DNA from: Gnetum montanum
Taxonomy: Eukaryota; Plantae; Gnetophyta
Direction of reading: 5' to 3'
Length of the DNA: 64,000 bases
Assembly (NCBI GenBank): GCA_015680685.1
Contig: MNCI01002098.1
Span: forward strand, 776,396 to 840,395
Below the pieces are notes generated by a model that did no database searches, had not been told where the DNA came from, and saw only the letters and a program-made list of their open reading frames with translations. Within the stretch, counting starts at the first letter, position 1. Each line of letters opens with the position of its first letter. Below, in pieces: positions 51,201-64,000 of this stretch. The position numbers were made by a program, and so were the translations under genes.

Positions 51201-54200
51201 GGAGATGCCACCACCTACGTAACAATACTCTTATAACAACTGAATCCCTATGAATATTATGTCTAGAAGCTTGTGTCACCAAGTGATTCCACCATTCATG
51301 CCTCTAATCACCATTACTATCCTTCAAAATTCCATAGACTCACTACTTCATGAACCAAGTCTTCATCCTAAACTTCTCATCCTCACCAACTCTCAACCTC
51401 ACACTCCTAATATTTTGCCACTTACTCCACTAATGCAAGGTAAAAATTATCCACAGCCACAAAAAAAATCCCACATGAGTTGTAAACTTACAAGTAAATA
51501 TATATTTAAGTTGTTTCAAGCACAGGTCTAGAAAATACCCTTTCTTTTGTCTTTGTAGTCCACCTAAACCTTCACAAGCATCCATAGTTATGAATCTCAC
51601 ACCTACACGCTTCCTGATACCTCAAGAGCTACCTTCAAACTAAAGCACAAATATGCAAAATGTTATGCTAACCCACACTATAATAGAGTAGAGGTAAACT
51701 TCCTAGGAAATGAATTGATCTAGGAAGTCTCCTTATCTATTTATAGATGGTAAGGAATACTCCATGTAAAGCTCTATTAGACTTAGTAATGAGACTTGAT
51801 ATGTTAGGTAGCTAAGTCATTGGGACATCATGAAGCATCATCTTATCAAGTGTATCAGTTGGCTAAGATATCATAGATGTTATGTCACATCTACATTGTA
51901 GCATCCTTGTCAGCATGTCTGAGTTGGCTACTATATCATAGATGCTTTATCTCATATGCTATATCATAGATGTGATATAACATCTACTATAACTTAGTTG
52001 CATTGACACATCCTCGTTGATGTAGCCTCATCGATGCATCCCCATCATCACATCCTTGTTAATGCATCCCCATTGATGCAACTAAATGCATTAATGCATC
52101 CTCATCAATGTAATGCGTATAGTTGCCTATAAATATGTGAGCACCCACTATGTATTTAGCACTATTTGGTCAATAGTGTAGTTGAACTCTTGCAATTTTA
52201 TTCTATAGTCCTAGCAACCAATCAATGAGTTCTTGCAATGTGGATTTGAGTTAGTTGTATGACATCTTATTCGAGTGGCATTATACTTGGATACATTCCA
52301 TGAACGAAAATAAGATCAAGATTGATTCATATTCATTACAACACTTTGACATAGAATATATTTACTTTGAATTCCATTTATTTTCTATGTAATTAGTTAG
52401 TATTTACATTTACATGCACATTAATTAATTCGTAAAATAAGCACAACTAGTTTTGAGTCTAAACACATATTTTCCTAGTAATCCTTGTAGTGTTATTGTG
52501 TGGTTTGTCTAGTAGAATAACACTTGGTAATCCCAGTAGTGGATAAGTGAGTTTAGGATGTGTATGGCAAGCTAGGTATGGACACTCATCACCCTTAGGC
52601 TAGCTTATAATTTAGCTTCTTATTATTAATTATATTAAATAATTAATTTCTATGTTATTGTTAAGGTTAGTTTAAGGCCTCAACAACATCATAATCATAT
52701 GCCTCACTTTGGACTAAACCATACATCATAAAGCTACAACTAGTCCAAGTGAGAAGATAGTGTGACCTATGATCAATGCTTAACAATCTAGATACCACAC
52801 TAAATTATACATGAACACTTATAATTCATATGATTGGATGTAGGGGTAACCCATTACTCATCACTTAGGTTCTAGATTCAATCTAATTTCATAAGAGATG
52901 TATAAATCTTGGAACTTGCCATCGTTAAACAAGTGTAACATTAAACTTAAGTTTATTAATTAGTCAATCATCATTTGCTTGGGAATGATGGAGGATATTA
53001 TAACCACCATCAATGGGTGATCCTATTCTACTAACTTCTTAATGATCCATATTGATAACTACAAGGTGAAATTTTCCATCATCATGGGAGAAGCTTAGTT
53101 AAGTAACATTGATGCCAAGCTAGAAATTAGAAATCTATCCTTAAAATGTTTCAAGAAAAATGAGCATGGATTCATGGAGAAGAACTTCATTTCATGCATT
53201 GTGTACAATGACATAGGGGGCAAGAGTATGCAAAACATATAGCTAGTTAGATAAAGGACAATCACAATGTGCAAATCATGTGAAGAATCAGTATATATGT
53301 AATGAAGCATTTACAGAATAACCACTATGAAAGAAGACATCAAATGGCTAACAATAGGTAAAAGTTTCAAGTCCACAGTATGCATAGAACCACAAGAAGT
53401 TCTCACAAGTGCATAAATGAACAAGATGGATAAGATGGAATAAATGAAAAGGTAACTTTTCCATGTAGAAAATAAACAAGAAGAAGTAGACTAGGGAAAG
53501 TTGGAAATTCTAATGTTAATAGAACTAAAGCTCGTAGAACTTAAAACATTATCGAAATCTCTTGAGTATATATTCTTGAAAACTGATAAATTGGTAATTG
53601 TAAACACCTAAGTCATGCAAGAGCAACAATAAAAGGTATTAGAGGTCATTAACAAGATGTCATTAGCCTTTTCTTGGTTATGTGATGAGATAATAGGCAT
53701 TGATTTATGCACATGCAAGTATAGAATCTACACAAATCTAGTCATTAATCCTAAGTGACAACCATAGTGTAGGTTGAATCCTAAATTGAAGTACATTATC
53801 AAGAATGAAATTGAAAATCTCATAAAAGCAAGATTCATCTATTCTGTAATAGACATTAAGTGGGTAAGCCCACTTATTATTATGTCAAATAAAATGGATC
53901 AGTGGATAACTTGTATTGATTTTTAGTTGTTAAACATGATAAATTGCAAGGACCATTTTTTGTTGTGATTTGTTGACTAGGTGTTGGACACCATTGCAAA
54001 CCACAAGTATTATAGCCTTTTGGATAGTAAAAGTCACTATAATTAGATTTAAATAGCCAAAGAAGATTAGGCCTAGATTACATTCAAAAGTTCTTGGGAA
54101 AATTTTGCTTACATGAAAATGCTTTTTGACGTATGTAATTATTATGTAATGTTCCTATACCTAGTCATTAGTATTTCTAAAAATAGATTAACAAAGATGT

Positions 54201-54834
54201 GGAACTTTTCATGGATAACTTCTTCGCCTATATCTCTAACTTTGAGTAGGCCTTGAACTAACTAGAGCATGTATTAAAATGTTGTGTGAAAACTAACTTT
54301 AAGCTTAAGTAGCATAAAAACCATATAATGGTCTAGGAGGACATCATTCTTGAACAGTGGGTATTAGAAAATGGGATAGAGATGAATCTTAAAAAGATTT
54401 GAGTTATTCAAGGACTTACATAAAGGCCATAGACAGTGACATATTATCTACTATAAATGATTCATCAACAATTTTTTCTAGGTCATTAAACCACTAGTGG
54501 AATTAATGAAACAAGATGTAACATTTGAATGGACTAAGGAATGAAAATAGACATTTAAACTTTTAAACTAAAAGCTCATGGAAACTTAAATTCTATAATA
54601 GTATAATTGATTCAAACTTTTTCATACTATGACTGATACATTCAATTTTGATTTAGTGGCCATACTCATGCAACTAGATGATAAAAAAAAAATTCATACT
54701 TCATCCATCACAGGTGCATAACTAAATAACATTAGGACTGAAAAGGACCTCATGTTTGTGTATATACCTTACAAAAATTTAAGTACTATGTGCATAGGTA
54801 TCCAATTTTTGTGTATACAAATTATAGTATGGTG
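48250..54834 (+). mobile_element. Athila-type element C (old; 5' LTR ends 49083, then gag-PR-RT and partial RNase H)
   Basis: LTR end ccactcatta; decayed PBS tggcatcatttctaagaa (49085-49102). gag is collinear with B (DMNNIPKFEGGYNA ~50160). RT has LFMDNF at ~54205-54222. Truncated in RNase H; left boundary approximate. Confidence 0.85.
51787..52863 (+). mobile_element. Solo LTR (Athila-type) inserted in the protease active-site codons of C
   Basis: taatgag...ctcatca termini and perfect TSD CTTAG (51782-51786, 52864-52868). Flanks rejoin as ALLDLGS. ATCGAT/gatgcatc-type U3 repeats. Confidence 0.88.
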
Positions 54835-57800
54835 TAATCGATTAGGCATCCAGTGGAAATTTGTATACTAATGATAAGCCTTGGATTTGGGAGGCATTTC
54901 ATATGCCTTATGTTTACAATCTATCATATTCAGTTGAGGTTTTTGGTCTTTTGAGATGCATCCTTGCCTCCAATGTCACACTTTGAGGTTGTGGGCATGA
55001 TTACATGATTCTAGCTTCATTCAAATGTCCTTTGGTCCTTCCAGCATGCCTCCTTGGATTTTGACTTTCATTTGGATCCAAAATGCAAAGTGTAGTTTGG
55101 GGGAGGGGGCACTAACTATCTTACTTCAACACACCCCCTTGCATCAATGTAAGGGAATTAATGCACACTTCTCTAGGCTTGGTTTTTCCTTCTTTTCTTC
55201 CAATGTGATCAAGATTGGCTTGGATTGTGTTGATGGTCCTTCGTTGACTCCTAGGCATGGATGAATATTGATCATTATATTGCAAAAACTATAAATGCTC
55301 TATAAGCTTTCATACAAGTCTTAAGTATGTTTGAATTTCATTTGGGCTTTAGGCATTTGGTTTATGTGAAGAGCTCTTCCTCCCTTGGGTAATTTGATTT
55401 CTCCTTTGGGTTTGTATTTTGAGTTATCACTTTCACAAGTATGGCTAAACTCTGTTAGAGTGCTACTTTGCTTATGTAACCTGGAACTATTTAGTCAATG
55501 TAAAGTCTAGTGTTTGCATGGTAAATAAATCTTATGGTTTTCCTTAGCATTACACTTTTGATGCTTTACACATTAAATAACCAAAAACTTTATAAAACAT
55601 TAACATCATAAAAACCTTTATTTCCTCATTTTTATAAGCTATGACTACTCAAGATTATCTAAGGAGGTCATAACTATATAACATGAGGTTGGGACTAAGA
55701 GTCATCTTTTATTATATTTCATGTGTGTTGTTGCACCTATCCCTAAGAGAGATTGTAACATGAACATTACACCTATTCTTATGAGGGATTATGATGCATG
55801 TGTGTTGATGTTTATTTTCTTTCTTATAAATATAAAACTCATAAAAATTATAAAATATAAAATTATAAATATTTCTCTCTTTATCTCTCACCATGGCAAC
55901 ATGGGTGTTATTTGTATCATATGTATTATGATATCTTTCATATTTATGGAACACAATGATATAGACAAGTGTTCTTAACAATCCACTCAACATCATCTTC
56001 AAAGTTAGTACTTGCACCATGAGTTGTTGAAACTACTGCTACTAGAACCATGCGTAGGTGGTGGATCCACATCTTAGTCTGTGAGCTCTAGAATCCTAAA
56101 TGAATGCTAGGTTATTGGAAAGGAAAGGATGTTTGATCGAGGGTTCTTATGACCACTAAATGGTTCTAATCAGTATGATTAGATCACGTTGCATGTGCTT
56201 GCCATGTTTGATCATCCTTGTTAGATGAGTTTCATGTTCTCATGGACCTATATGTGTCATGCAATGAGGGATGAATTCTAATGATCATGCAAGTTGAAGA
56301 CTCTAGGTGGTGATCTAGCACTTCAATCATTCCCATGTCTATCATGCACTATTCAAAAATCCTCTTCTCATGAAAGAAAAAAAATGATGAAATGAATGAA
56401 AAAAAAATGAACAAAATGAATGATGAAAAAAATAAGAAAATAAGAAAAGAGATAAAAGAGAAAAAAATGATGAGAAGAAAAGAAAAAAATATTGAAAAAT
56501 AATATAAAAAATAAAGAAAAAGAGGTGATGGAAAGAGAAAGGTAACTCTAAGTTTATTGGTTCATAAAAATTGCTACCTCTATCATCCCAAACTAATCTT
56601 ATGATTGCTTAAATTAAAATCAAAGTGAGTTTTTGAACCAATACCCATGCAAGCCTTTATCATGCTCAACCTATTACCTATGTCACTTGATCCCAAATGT
56701 AATAGTCCAAGACAATCTCTTGCTCATTCCTACCCATGGTCACGAAGGCCCAAAAATTTCTCTCTTAGTAAACTTTATTAAGATTAAATGTCTCTTCTAT
56801 CTAAGTCTTAAATCCATTTATTCTCATTTGTAATTGTTATTTGAATTGGGATTGGTTAGCATAGCTAGGAGGGTCAAAAAGAAGATTTTGATAAAAAAAA
56901 ATTCAGGGAGCCTACTATGCATATGCGCACGAATGTAGGAAAATCAAATTGGAGTATTGACTTCTAGATGATTTGTACACTATCTAGATTTAGTTTCATC
57001 AATGATTATACTACAGAAAAATCAAGGTTAGATGGCATTGGTACTAGCAACTATGACCTTATACTTGAAAGGAAATTTAGAGGTCTATCCCTATTGTGTG
57101 TATGAGTAGTGATGAAGGTATGCAACAATGGATCTTTCATGAGTTGTAGGACACGCTCATGTGCTTCCATGAGTTAATTGAATGATTGGCTAGGCATTTC
57201 GTGATGTTAGATTTTCACCTTCTCTCTCTTATCTAACATTCATTCTTCATCTCTTTTCTTTTCATTCTGTGCATCATTGTGTGTCGTAAGAATTTGATTA
57301 AGTATACTAGAGGTTGGGATTTGACCATATAAGAGGATAGATTCATGTTTGATGCTAATGTCTCATTGGTTTTTGGGAATTCATAGGTGTTCCATAAACA
57401 AGTTTCATAAGGGTAAGAAAGGAATGTTCCTACAATGGGAAGGATCCACTTATGAAGTGTTGGTAACTTAGCATTGCAAGAAAGTGAGCTCAAGCTTATC
57501 TTCCAATAATGATGGGCCTACATGGCATAAAACACTTAATTGATCTTCCTCTTGTGTGAGTGTAAATTCTTCTAGATTTAAGATTTGATCATGAAAATAC
57601 CTTTTTACCTTACCCTGTGCCTATTTATTTGACCTTGAGGTTCACTATTTATCTCCTATTTTTATAACCCCTGTTTTCTACTTCTTGAATCATGAGAATG
57701 AGTAGATTCAATATGATGATTTAAATCCCATGAGTTTGGATGCCATCCAAGATAAGATTTTAATTTTTTTTCTTCTTCCTACTTTTGTCAATTATTTGGT

Positions 57801-58150
57801 TGGACCCTTGCCATGGTTTTTGAGATTTTCATGAGCATTTTTTCTTCTTGTTATTTCCATTTGCATTGTTGATGTAATTCAAGCTAGTTTTCTTGTAACT
57901 TAGTCATGGAGGAGAGGCACTAATTTGGGTATGTACTTTGTAATCTTGATGATTCTTTAAATTATTTTCACCTTATTCTTACTTACCAATGCCTCCCTTG
58001 ATTCCATAGTTATGATTATGTTTCTCTTGTACCCTCAAGAGTTATATTTATCATTGTTCTTATGATCATATTTTTCAATAGTAGTGTAATGCTATGGGGA
58101 TCTCACTTTATTTTAGCATTTTCATAGTTTATCATGTTTAGGCTAGAGAA
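54835..58150 (+). mobile_element. Decayed gypsy-type 3' non-coding region with PPT-like tracts
   Basis: agtttgggggagggggcactaa (~55095-55116) and agtcatggaggagaggcactaa (~57902-57923). No recognisable protein domains. Confidence 0.4.
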
Positions 58151-59786
58151 GCACTAGCCCTAGAAGAATAGGAAGAATAATGTTAATCATTAAATCAAAC
58201 ATCTATATATGAAAGACTTTTCACAACCTAGAAATTTGCATAAATTTAATTATTAATTCTTTAATGCTATCAGATGTGTTTCAATAGTTTATCTTATTGT
58301 TAATACTATTATTGTTGTTAATTTCCTACATAAGTGAATTGAATTTACTTACTAAGGTATTTTTTTAAAAAAATTTATCCTTTATTTTACTAATATTGGA
58401 GCTTAGTCATAGATTCTCTAAATATTCTATTATTAAATATTGGAATCCAACTATCCTAGAAATTTTTTCTTTTATCAATTATTATTCCTTTACAAATATT
58501 TAATTATGCATATTTTATTCTTTATACATATTTAGTTATGTATATTTAATTCTTATTATGCACATTCAGTTATGTACAATTATAGTTTATATATTTTTAA
58601 TTATGCATCTTTTTATTTTATTAGGTATATCTGATTATATAATACTTTGTTCATGAAGAAATTTTGAACCCTCACTCTACCCAGTTCATATTTCTTGTTG
58701 CTTTTTGTTATTAAACTAGAATTTGAATTTGATTTTTAATTATAATTTAATATTGAATAAATAAGCTTTGTTAAGAAAGCACCTGATGAGTGGCGAGGTA
58801 CCCCTACACTCAACCATATGAATATGAGCGTTTTCACGTGCGATCCGGTCGAACTCCGTAGACGGACTAGTTGTGGCACCTAGATCATTAACCTTAGGTC
58901 ACATTTTGTTGTCTTCCCACCTAGACTAGTATTATATTTTTCACGTATGGTTTAGTCTAGAGTGAGGTGTATGATATGTTTCTAATTCTAACACTACTCC
59001 TAAAGGCAGTGGAAAATAATATTAACTAAGCTAAGCTAGGAGGGAAAGGGTAAGAAAGTCTAATCTAGCCTAAGTGTGATGAGCATCCAATTCCTTGATC
59101 ATCCGTACACATCTTGGACCTCATGCATGACTACCACTAGGATTACCAAGCGCAGATCCTAGGTATGCCACTGGGATACCAAGTAGTCACACTTAAATGC
59201 TCATAATCAAGTTGTACTCATTCCGCATTATTAGGAGATAAGGGTGAGAGAGAAAGTAGTAAATAACAATTAAATAAATAAATAAAGTGAATGCTGTAAT
59301 GATGAAGTAATCTTGATCTTTATTTCCGGTCATGTGCATGTCCAAGTACATCACACTCAAATAAAAGATGCTGTACAATTACATTCACCACACTGCCGGT
59401 AGACACGGGAAAAATAATCTATCTCTGGAGGGATTAAACTACTAGAGTTTCATTACAATCTAAACTAGGATTCTCAACAAGGAAGAGTCGCTTCTTATTT
59501 ATAGACATTGTGGCAGACTGCGATATCACATACATCATATCGCGTACGTGATATCGCAGGGGAAGATGTGATATCGCGTACGCGATATCATGGCCCATGT
59601 GATATCGCATCCCATCATACCCCCACAACTAAATAAAAACTCATCCTCGAGTTACAGAGAGAACAAGCTCCATTGATTACACAGTGGATAGGTATGGGAT
59701 TATTAACTAGAAAAAAGAAATGGAATAATATCGTAGTGTGGGAAGACACAACATAGCAAAATACTACAACTACAAAAAGAGGGAAC

Positions 59787-60554
59787 TCATGTAGTTCCTG
59801 GTGGCAGTGGCTCCTCCATGGGTGCTTTCCCTTTGTCTTGTGCTCCAGGCTTTGAAGCTTGATGGCATTGAAGTATGGCCTGGAGTTTCTCCTCTTGTAA
59901 GGCCTTGAGTGCCTTGGCGTGCATGTAAGTTTGCACTTGTGCCATAGATGTAGCCCAGTCAACCTTCTCTTTTTCTTCTACCACTCTTTTATTCTCTGTC
60001 AACAGTTTATTAAGTTTCTCGATTTTGAAAGTGTCCATCTGGTTTTGAGCAATCTTTGGCCCTTTATTTGGGAGGTTTAATACTTTCAAAATAGCTTGAA
60101 CAGAGAAATCAACAGTTACACCACAATTATTAATCGTGGTGCCTTGCTCCCTATTGTGCCAGAACTGGTACATTTCACCTAAGTACCAGGAACCACTTTC
60201 AGATAGGATAGGCCATAAGGGAGACCCCTTGAGGTGATCCCTAATAGCCTCAGGAGTGAACTCTGCAAAAGATTCAAAGTTTAGCTCCAAAATCACTGTA
60301 AAGAATGTGCACTTCTCATGGATAGCCTGAACACACTCCAGGGGCAATGTGAGTTGTTGTCCCGGTTTAGGCATAGCAGTAGCTCCTCCTTCTGCCTGCC
60401 AGGACTATCTGGTAGGAGGTTCTTCTTGATGGATGCTGAATGATTGCACCTCCTATTCTATATGTTGTCTAGAAAGGCCTTATCTTCCACCTCTTTGAGA
60501 TTATTTCACTCCACCTTGAACAGGACCCTCCAATTGTGCACGTTTCAGGGCCAT
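59787..60554 (-). pseudogene. Athila accessory ('env-like') ORF; 195-aa open part 59787-60374, ancestral start at 60554 (MALKR...)
   Basis: LWPIL...Y...YQFWHN...GVTVDFSVQAILKVLNLP and DKGKAP resemble ATHILA ORF1/Transposase_32-type proteins. The 60 upstream in-frame codons contain four TAA/TAG stops, each explainable as C>T from a Gln codon. Confidence 0.75.
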
Positions 60555-61019
60555 TCTACAATCACATGCATCAAGCGTTAGTAAGGTTTTTTTTAAAGTC
60601 AAGTTATACCTTAATGCTTTTCTTAATTAAAGATCTTATATTATAACGTGTGATCGTGCCTGAAAATTGTAATAATGGGTCTTGTGACTTAAGTGGTTTT
60701 CATTTTAATCTCCTGGTGTACTTAATGTCATATGATTTTTGGCATAATTATTCTAAGTGTTAGTGTTAATTATCCTAATTGATGTCCTTTGGGCAATGAT
60801 AAATTTCAAAAAGGTTACGCACTTTTTAGTAAGTGTCTCTCCCCCACGACTAAACTGAACACTCCAGGTTCTAGCAGGTTCAAACGGAATTAAAATCAGA
60901 GCACCGGTGAGCGAGATATGAGTGAAAAAGCAAGGGGCACGCAATTGCAAGTCATAGAGAAAAATTTCAACTCCCCCCCACATGAATGGCAGAATGATGT
61001 TAAGTGTTGTGGCGGAGGT

Positions 61020-61100
61020 ATCTATTTATAGGAAAATAGGACATGATATTGCGTACGATACATCGCGTACGTGATATTTCGTATGCGATATCTCATCCCT
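61020..61100 (-). promoter_or_regulatory. Internal LTR-U3-like promoter (GATATC/CGCGTACG motifs + TATAAATA) upstream of the accessory ORF
   Basis: tatttatag followed by gatattgcgtacgatacatcgcgtacgtgatatttcgtatgcgatatctcatccc mirrors LTR 59495-59617. Confidence 0.65.
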
Positions 61101-62521
61101 AGTGATGTGAGACACCAAGAAAATACTAAATTTTGAATGATTTTTCTTGAAATTAATGTTGGAAATTGAGGACATTGTCAAGTATTAAGATTTCCTAGTG
61201 TAATTGCATTGATTTGAGAGGCACTCTTAATGATAATGATGTGAACTTTAGCAATAAAAATTTGGTGGTTACAAAAAAAGGGAATGTAATGGTACATTGG
61301 AACGTTAAAATTTAGAGGGATAATAGTAGGAAAAGAAAATCAATTGAAAAATTAACCTAAGGGTAAGAAATTGTGTGTTTGAGCTAGAGAATCAGTGAAG
61401 ATTACGAAAAATTAGACAAGTGGTTCCTCCCCAAAGTAGGTTTCAAGCTATTATGCCCTGTGTAACCACACTTAAAGTGTCTGTGGGCACTAGAAGGGTT
61501 AAATGTAATCCGCACTAACTCCACAAAACACACACATGTAAATATCACTAGAATGAGATGAAAAATTCTATGTTACATGGGACATGAGCTACAATTACAC
61601 GAATAGTGAGGCGAGATGAACTATAGAAAAGGATCGTAGAGATTGGGACATGAGGTAACTGACCCAGGGCATAATGAATCCTGTGTGTAAAGCATGATTA
61701 ATATGTCATTAACCCATCATTCTAAGATCAAGACCAAGTCCATTCCTCTAAGCAATGAGATCACATTGTTTCATCCCATGATGAACAACTATGAGAGTAC
61801 CATAACAACAAGGCGTACGATCACTTGGTGTTTTGTGCAAGGGAGGAGTGATTTTGGTTTTATGACACTTTTTTTTCTTTTTTTTTTCTTTTCTCTTTGT
61901 CTTTTTTTTTCACACTTTACTGAATCTAGAGAAGCCACCAACCTTCAAGCATGGGTGCATGTCTTTTTAGTGAGACCTCCTAGAACAACATTTGATTTTG
62001 AGTATCCTTTTGATTACTCTTACTCCCATTTTTCATTAGATCTACAAGGATCTTAGTACAACCACATTGCATAATAACTCCCATAGACGTCACCAAGGAG
62101 AATCTGCAATTCCCCTTGATGTCACACCCTAATCATCCTCTCTTGGTCCATCCTTCTTCATTCTGGGTACAATAAACACAAAATTAATTTTAAGTTTTAA
62201 AAAAAATGTCAAGAATATCACTGTACCCTTGGACAAGACCTCTTATTTATAGAGTGGATGAGTCGATGTAATGGACTCACTGTTCCAAATAATTGATCAC
62301 TCATGACTTTAATAACATAGAACACACCTCAACTAATGATCCACATGAGTGTTTTAGTCATAGACAAGATTACTTACAAAAATGGAAAAAGACAAAAAGA
62401 ACACAAAAAGATAAAAAGATAAAACAAAAAGTTGAAAAATGAAAAACTGGAAAACAAAAACTTGTAAAATAAAAGAAAATAAAAATATTTATTAATCCAG
62501 CTTGTCATTGAAATGGGGGAC

Positions 62522-64000
62522 ATCACACACAACTAATCGGTTTAGCATAGCAAGGATTAATAAATGAAAGATAAGGATCCTTGCATGTTGGAAATATTGA
62601 AACTGGTCCATACTTATCCCCTTGGGGTTCACACACTTGGTTATAGTAAGCATAGTGGGGTACTTTATACGATGTACTTCCCAGATAACGAGTTGACCCA
62701 CTATGATATTTGGGACCGTTAGATGGTATGCAAGGATTAGGATGATGCCTCCCATGGTTGTGTTCATTGGGCCGTATGATTGTTGGAGTGTTAGTTGGTG
62801 GCCCTGATGAAGTTACATGAGGTGTTGGGTTTGAAGGTAAGGGTGCACCACAGTGTGGGACTTGTGCTAGGTTGGAAGATACAATGGCCTAGGAATTGTG
62901 TTGTCCCTTCTTATGGTTGTGTTTAAAGAAGGGACGCTTTGGATGTTGATGAGGTTTCTCACTATTGTTGGTAGTATTAGCACAAGTAACGTTCATCGGT
63001 TGTTGCTATGGTACAGGCACCTTAGGAATAGTTGGTGGCACTGTGGAAGGAGGGAAAGGATGAGAATGTTGAAAGTTAGGAGGGATGTAAGATGCATAAG
63101 GTGGTGGTTGTGTTGGAGGTATGGGTTGATATTATTGTGGAGAATGATACTGTGGTGAGATAAAGTGTGTTGGCCCAAATGGAGAAACAGGATGTTGAAC
63201 GTGATAAGAATTCGAGTTCAGAAAATATGAAGGGTGCCTCCAGTCTAAGGGTGGTCTCCCCCATGACTGGGATGGTTGCCACTGTGGTCTAACAAAGTAC
63301 CTCTGTACGAACTCTGGATGTAATGTGTTTCCCCAATGCTCATGTAAATGTAACAATATTTGGCATTGACCCTTGGGGTGATCGTACAGGCATAGGTTGC
63401 ATTCATATGTAGGATTGGAAGTTGAGCGCTTATTCCTTTTATTCTTTTTTTCTGAATGTCTACTATTTTGTCCTACTTTTTAGGTTGTCAAAACTCTATC
63501 TCCAATATTGTTAATATATTCTCCACACTTTTGATACATCCATTCCAACATCTTATTGATCTTTGCCTCAGCTTCTTCTAACGATTGTTTTATTGGGAAA
63601 GATGATGTTTCCACCTTGAGATTTGTTGATTTCTCCTTGTTATGATCATGGACCTTTGTTAAGTTGAAATTTTGGTCCCATTGATATTTTTCAACACTCT
63701 CCCATCTAGGTAATTCTCCTTCTTCTTTTTCTACCTGTTGAATAAGCTCTTGGATTTGATGGGTTCATAGTTTGTATAGTTGACCTTAGGAATATGTTCC
63801 TAAGGTCTCTCTTGTTTCATTATGTAGCCCATCAATGATATGGTGCATTAGCCTTTTCTTGGAAAACCCATGGCTTGGACAGTTGTTTAATAGTGAATAA
63901 TATCTTTCTAAGGCCATGTCCAAGGGTTCATGTTTTGCTTGTTTCCATCCTTGGATTTGTTTCCTCAAGGTTGACACTCTTGCGTAGGTTTGATATTTTT
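62522..64000 (-). pseudogene. gag pseudogene of element D
   Basis: ORF 63786-63977 is collinear with B Gag. Knuckle CNLCLYDHPKGQC at ~63362-63400, then a Pro/Gln/His-rich tail. Confidence 0.85.

Larger units (their letters stand above)
58784..64000 (-). mobile_element. Athila-type element D (non-autonomous: gag plus accessory env-like ORF, no pol); continues beyond the window
   Basis: 3' LTR 58784-59617 shares the U5 end and GATATC repeats with B; PPT at 59618-59630. gag remnant (STLRKQIQGWKQ) ends ~62522 without protease. Shares non-coding motifs (gtcacacc, cttcaagcatgggt) with A. Confidence 0.88.

Overview
AT-rich land-plant nuclear DNA from a draft assembly (N gaps at 25478-26170 and 26490-27404). 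Most of the window is nested, heavily C>T/G>A-decayed LTR retrotransposons around one gene island. From left to right: (1) an LTR fragment split by an unclassified 7.2-kb insertion (203-7399, TSD ATGAC); (2) a Ty1/copia remnant interrupted by a chromovirus-type Ty3/gypsy element (9230-14755), followed by a solo LTR (14896-15884); (3) a second copia remnant interrupted by an old Athila-type element A (18324-35566, minus strand, tRNA-Asp PBS), which itself holds a younger pol-less relative B (25305-32434) with an intact 865-aa Gag-protease ORF; (4) a gene island with a tRNA-derived SINE-like sequence, a multi-exon GH1 beta-glucosidase pseudogene (40004-45328) with a hAT-type insertion in intron 7, and a CpG-rich 1.6-kb element; (5) two more Athila-type elements: C (plus strand, solo LTR in the protease active site) and D (minus strand, gag plus an accessory 'env-like' ORF, no pol). 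The most interesting signals are D's accessory ORF, which has an internal copy of the LTR promoter motifs and an intron with a perfect branch point; a PPT 12-mer conserved inside gag; the set of differently deleted family members; and the LTR-less 7.2-kb element. All calls come from reading the sequence by eye; no searches were run, and boundaries of degenerate elements are approximate.
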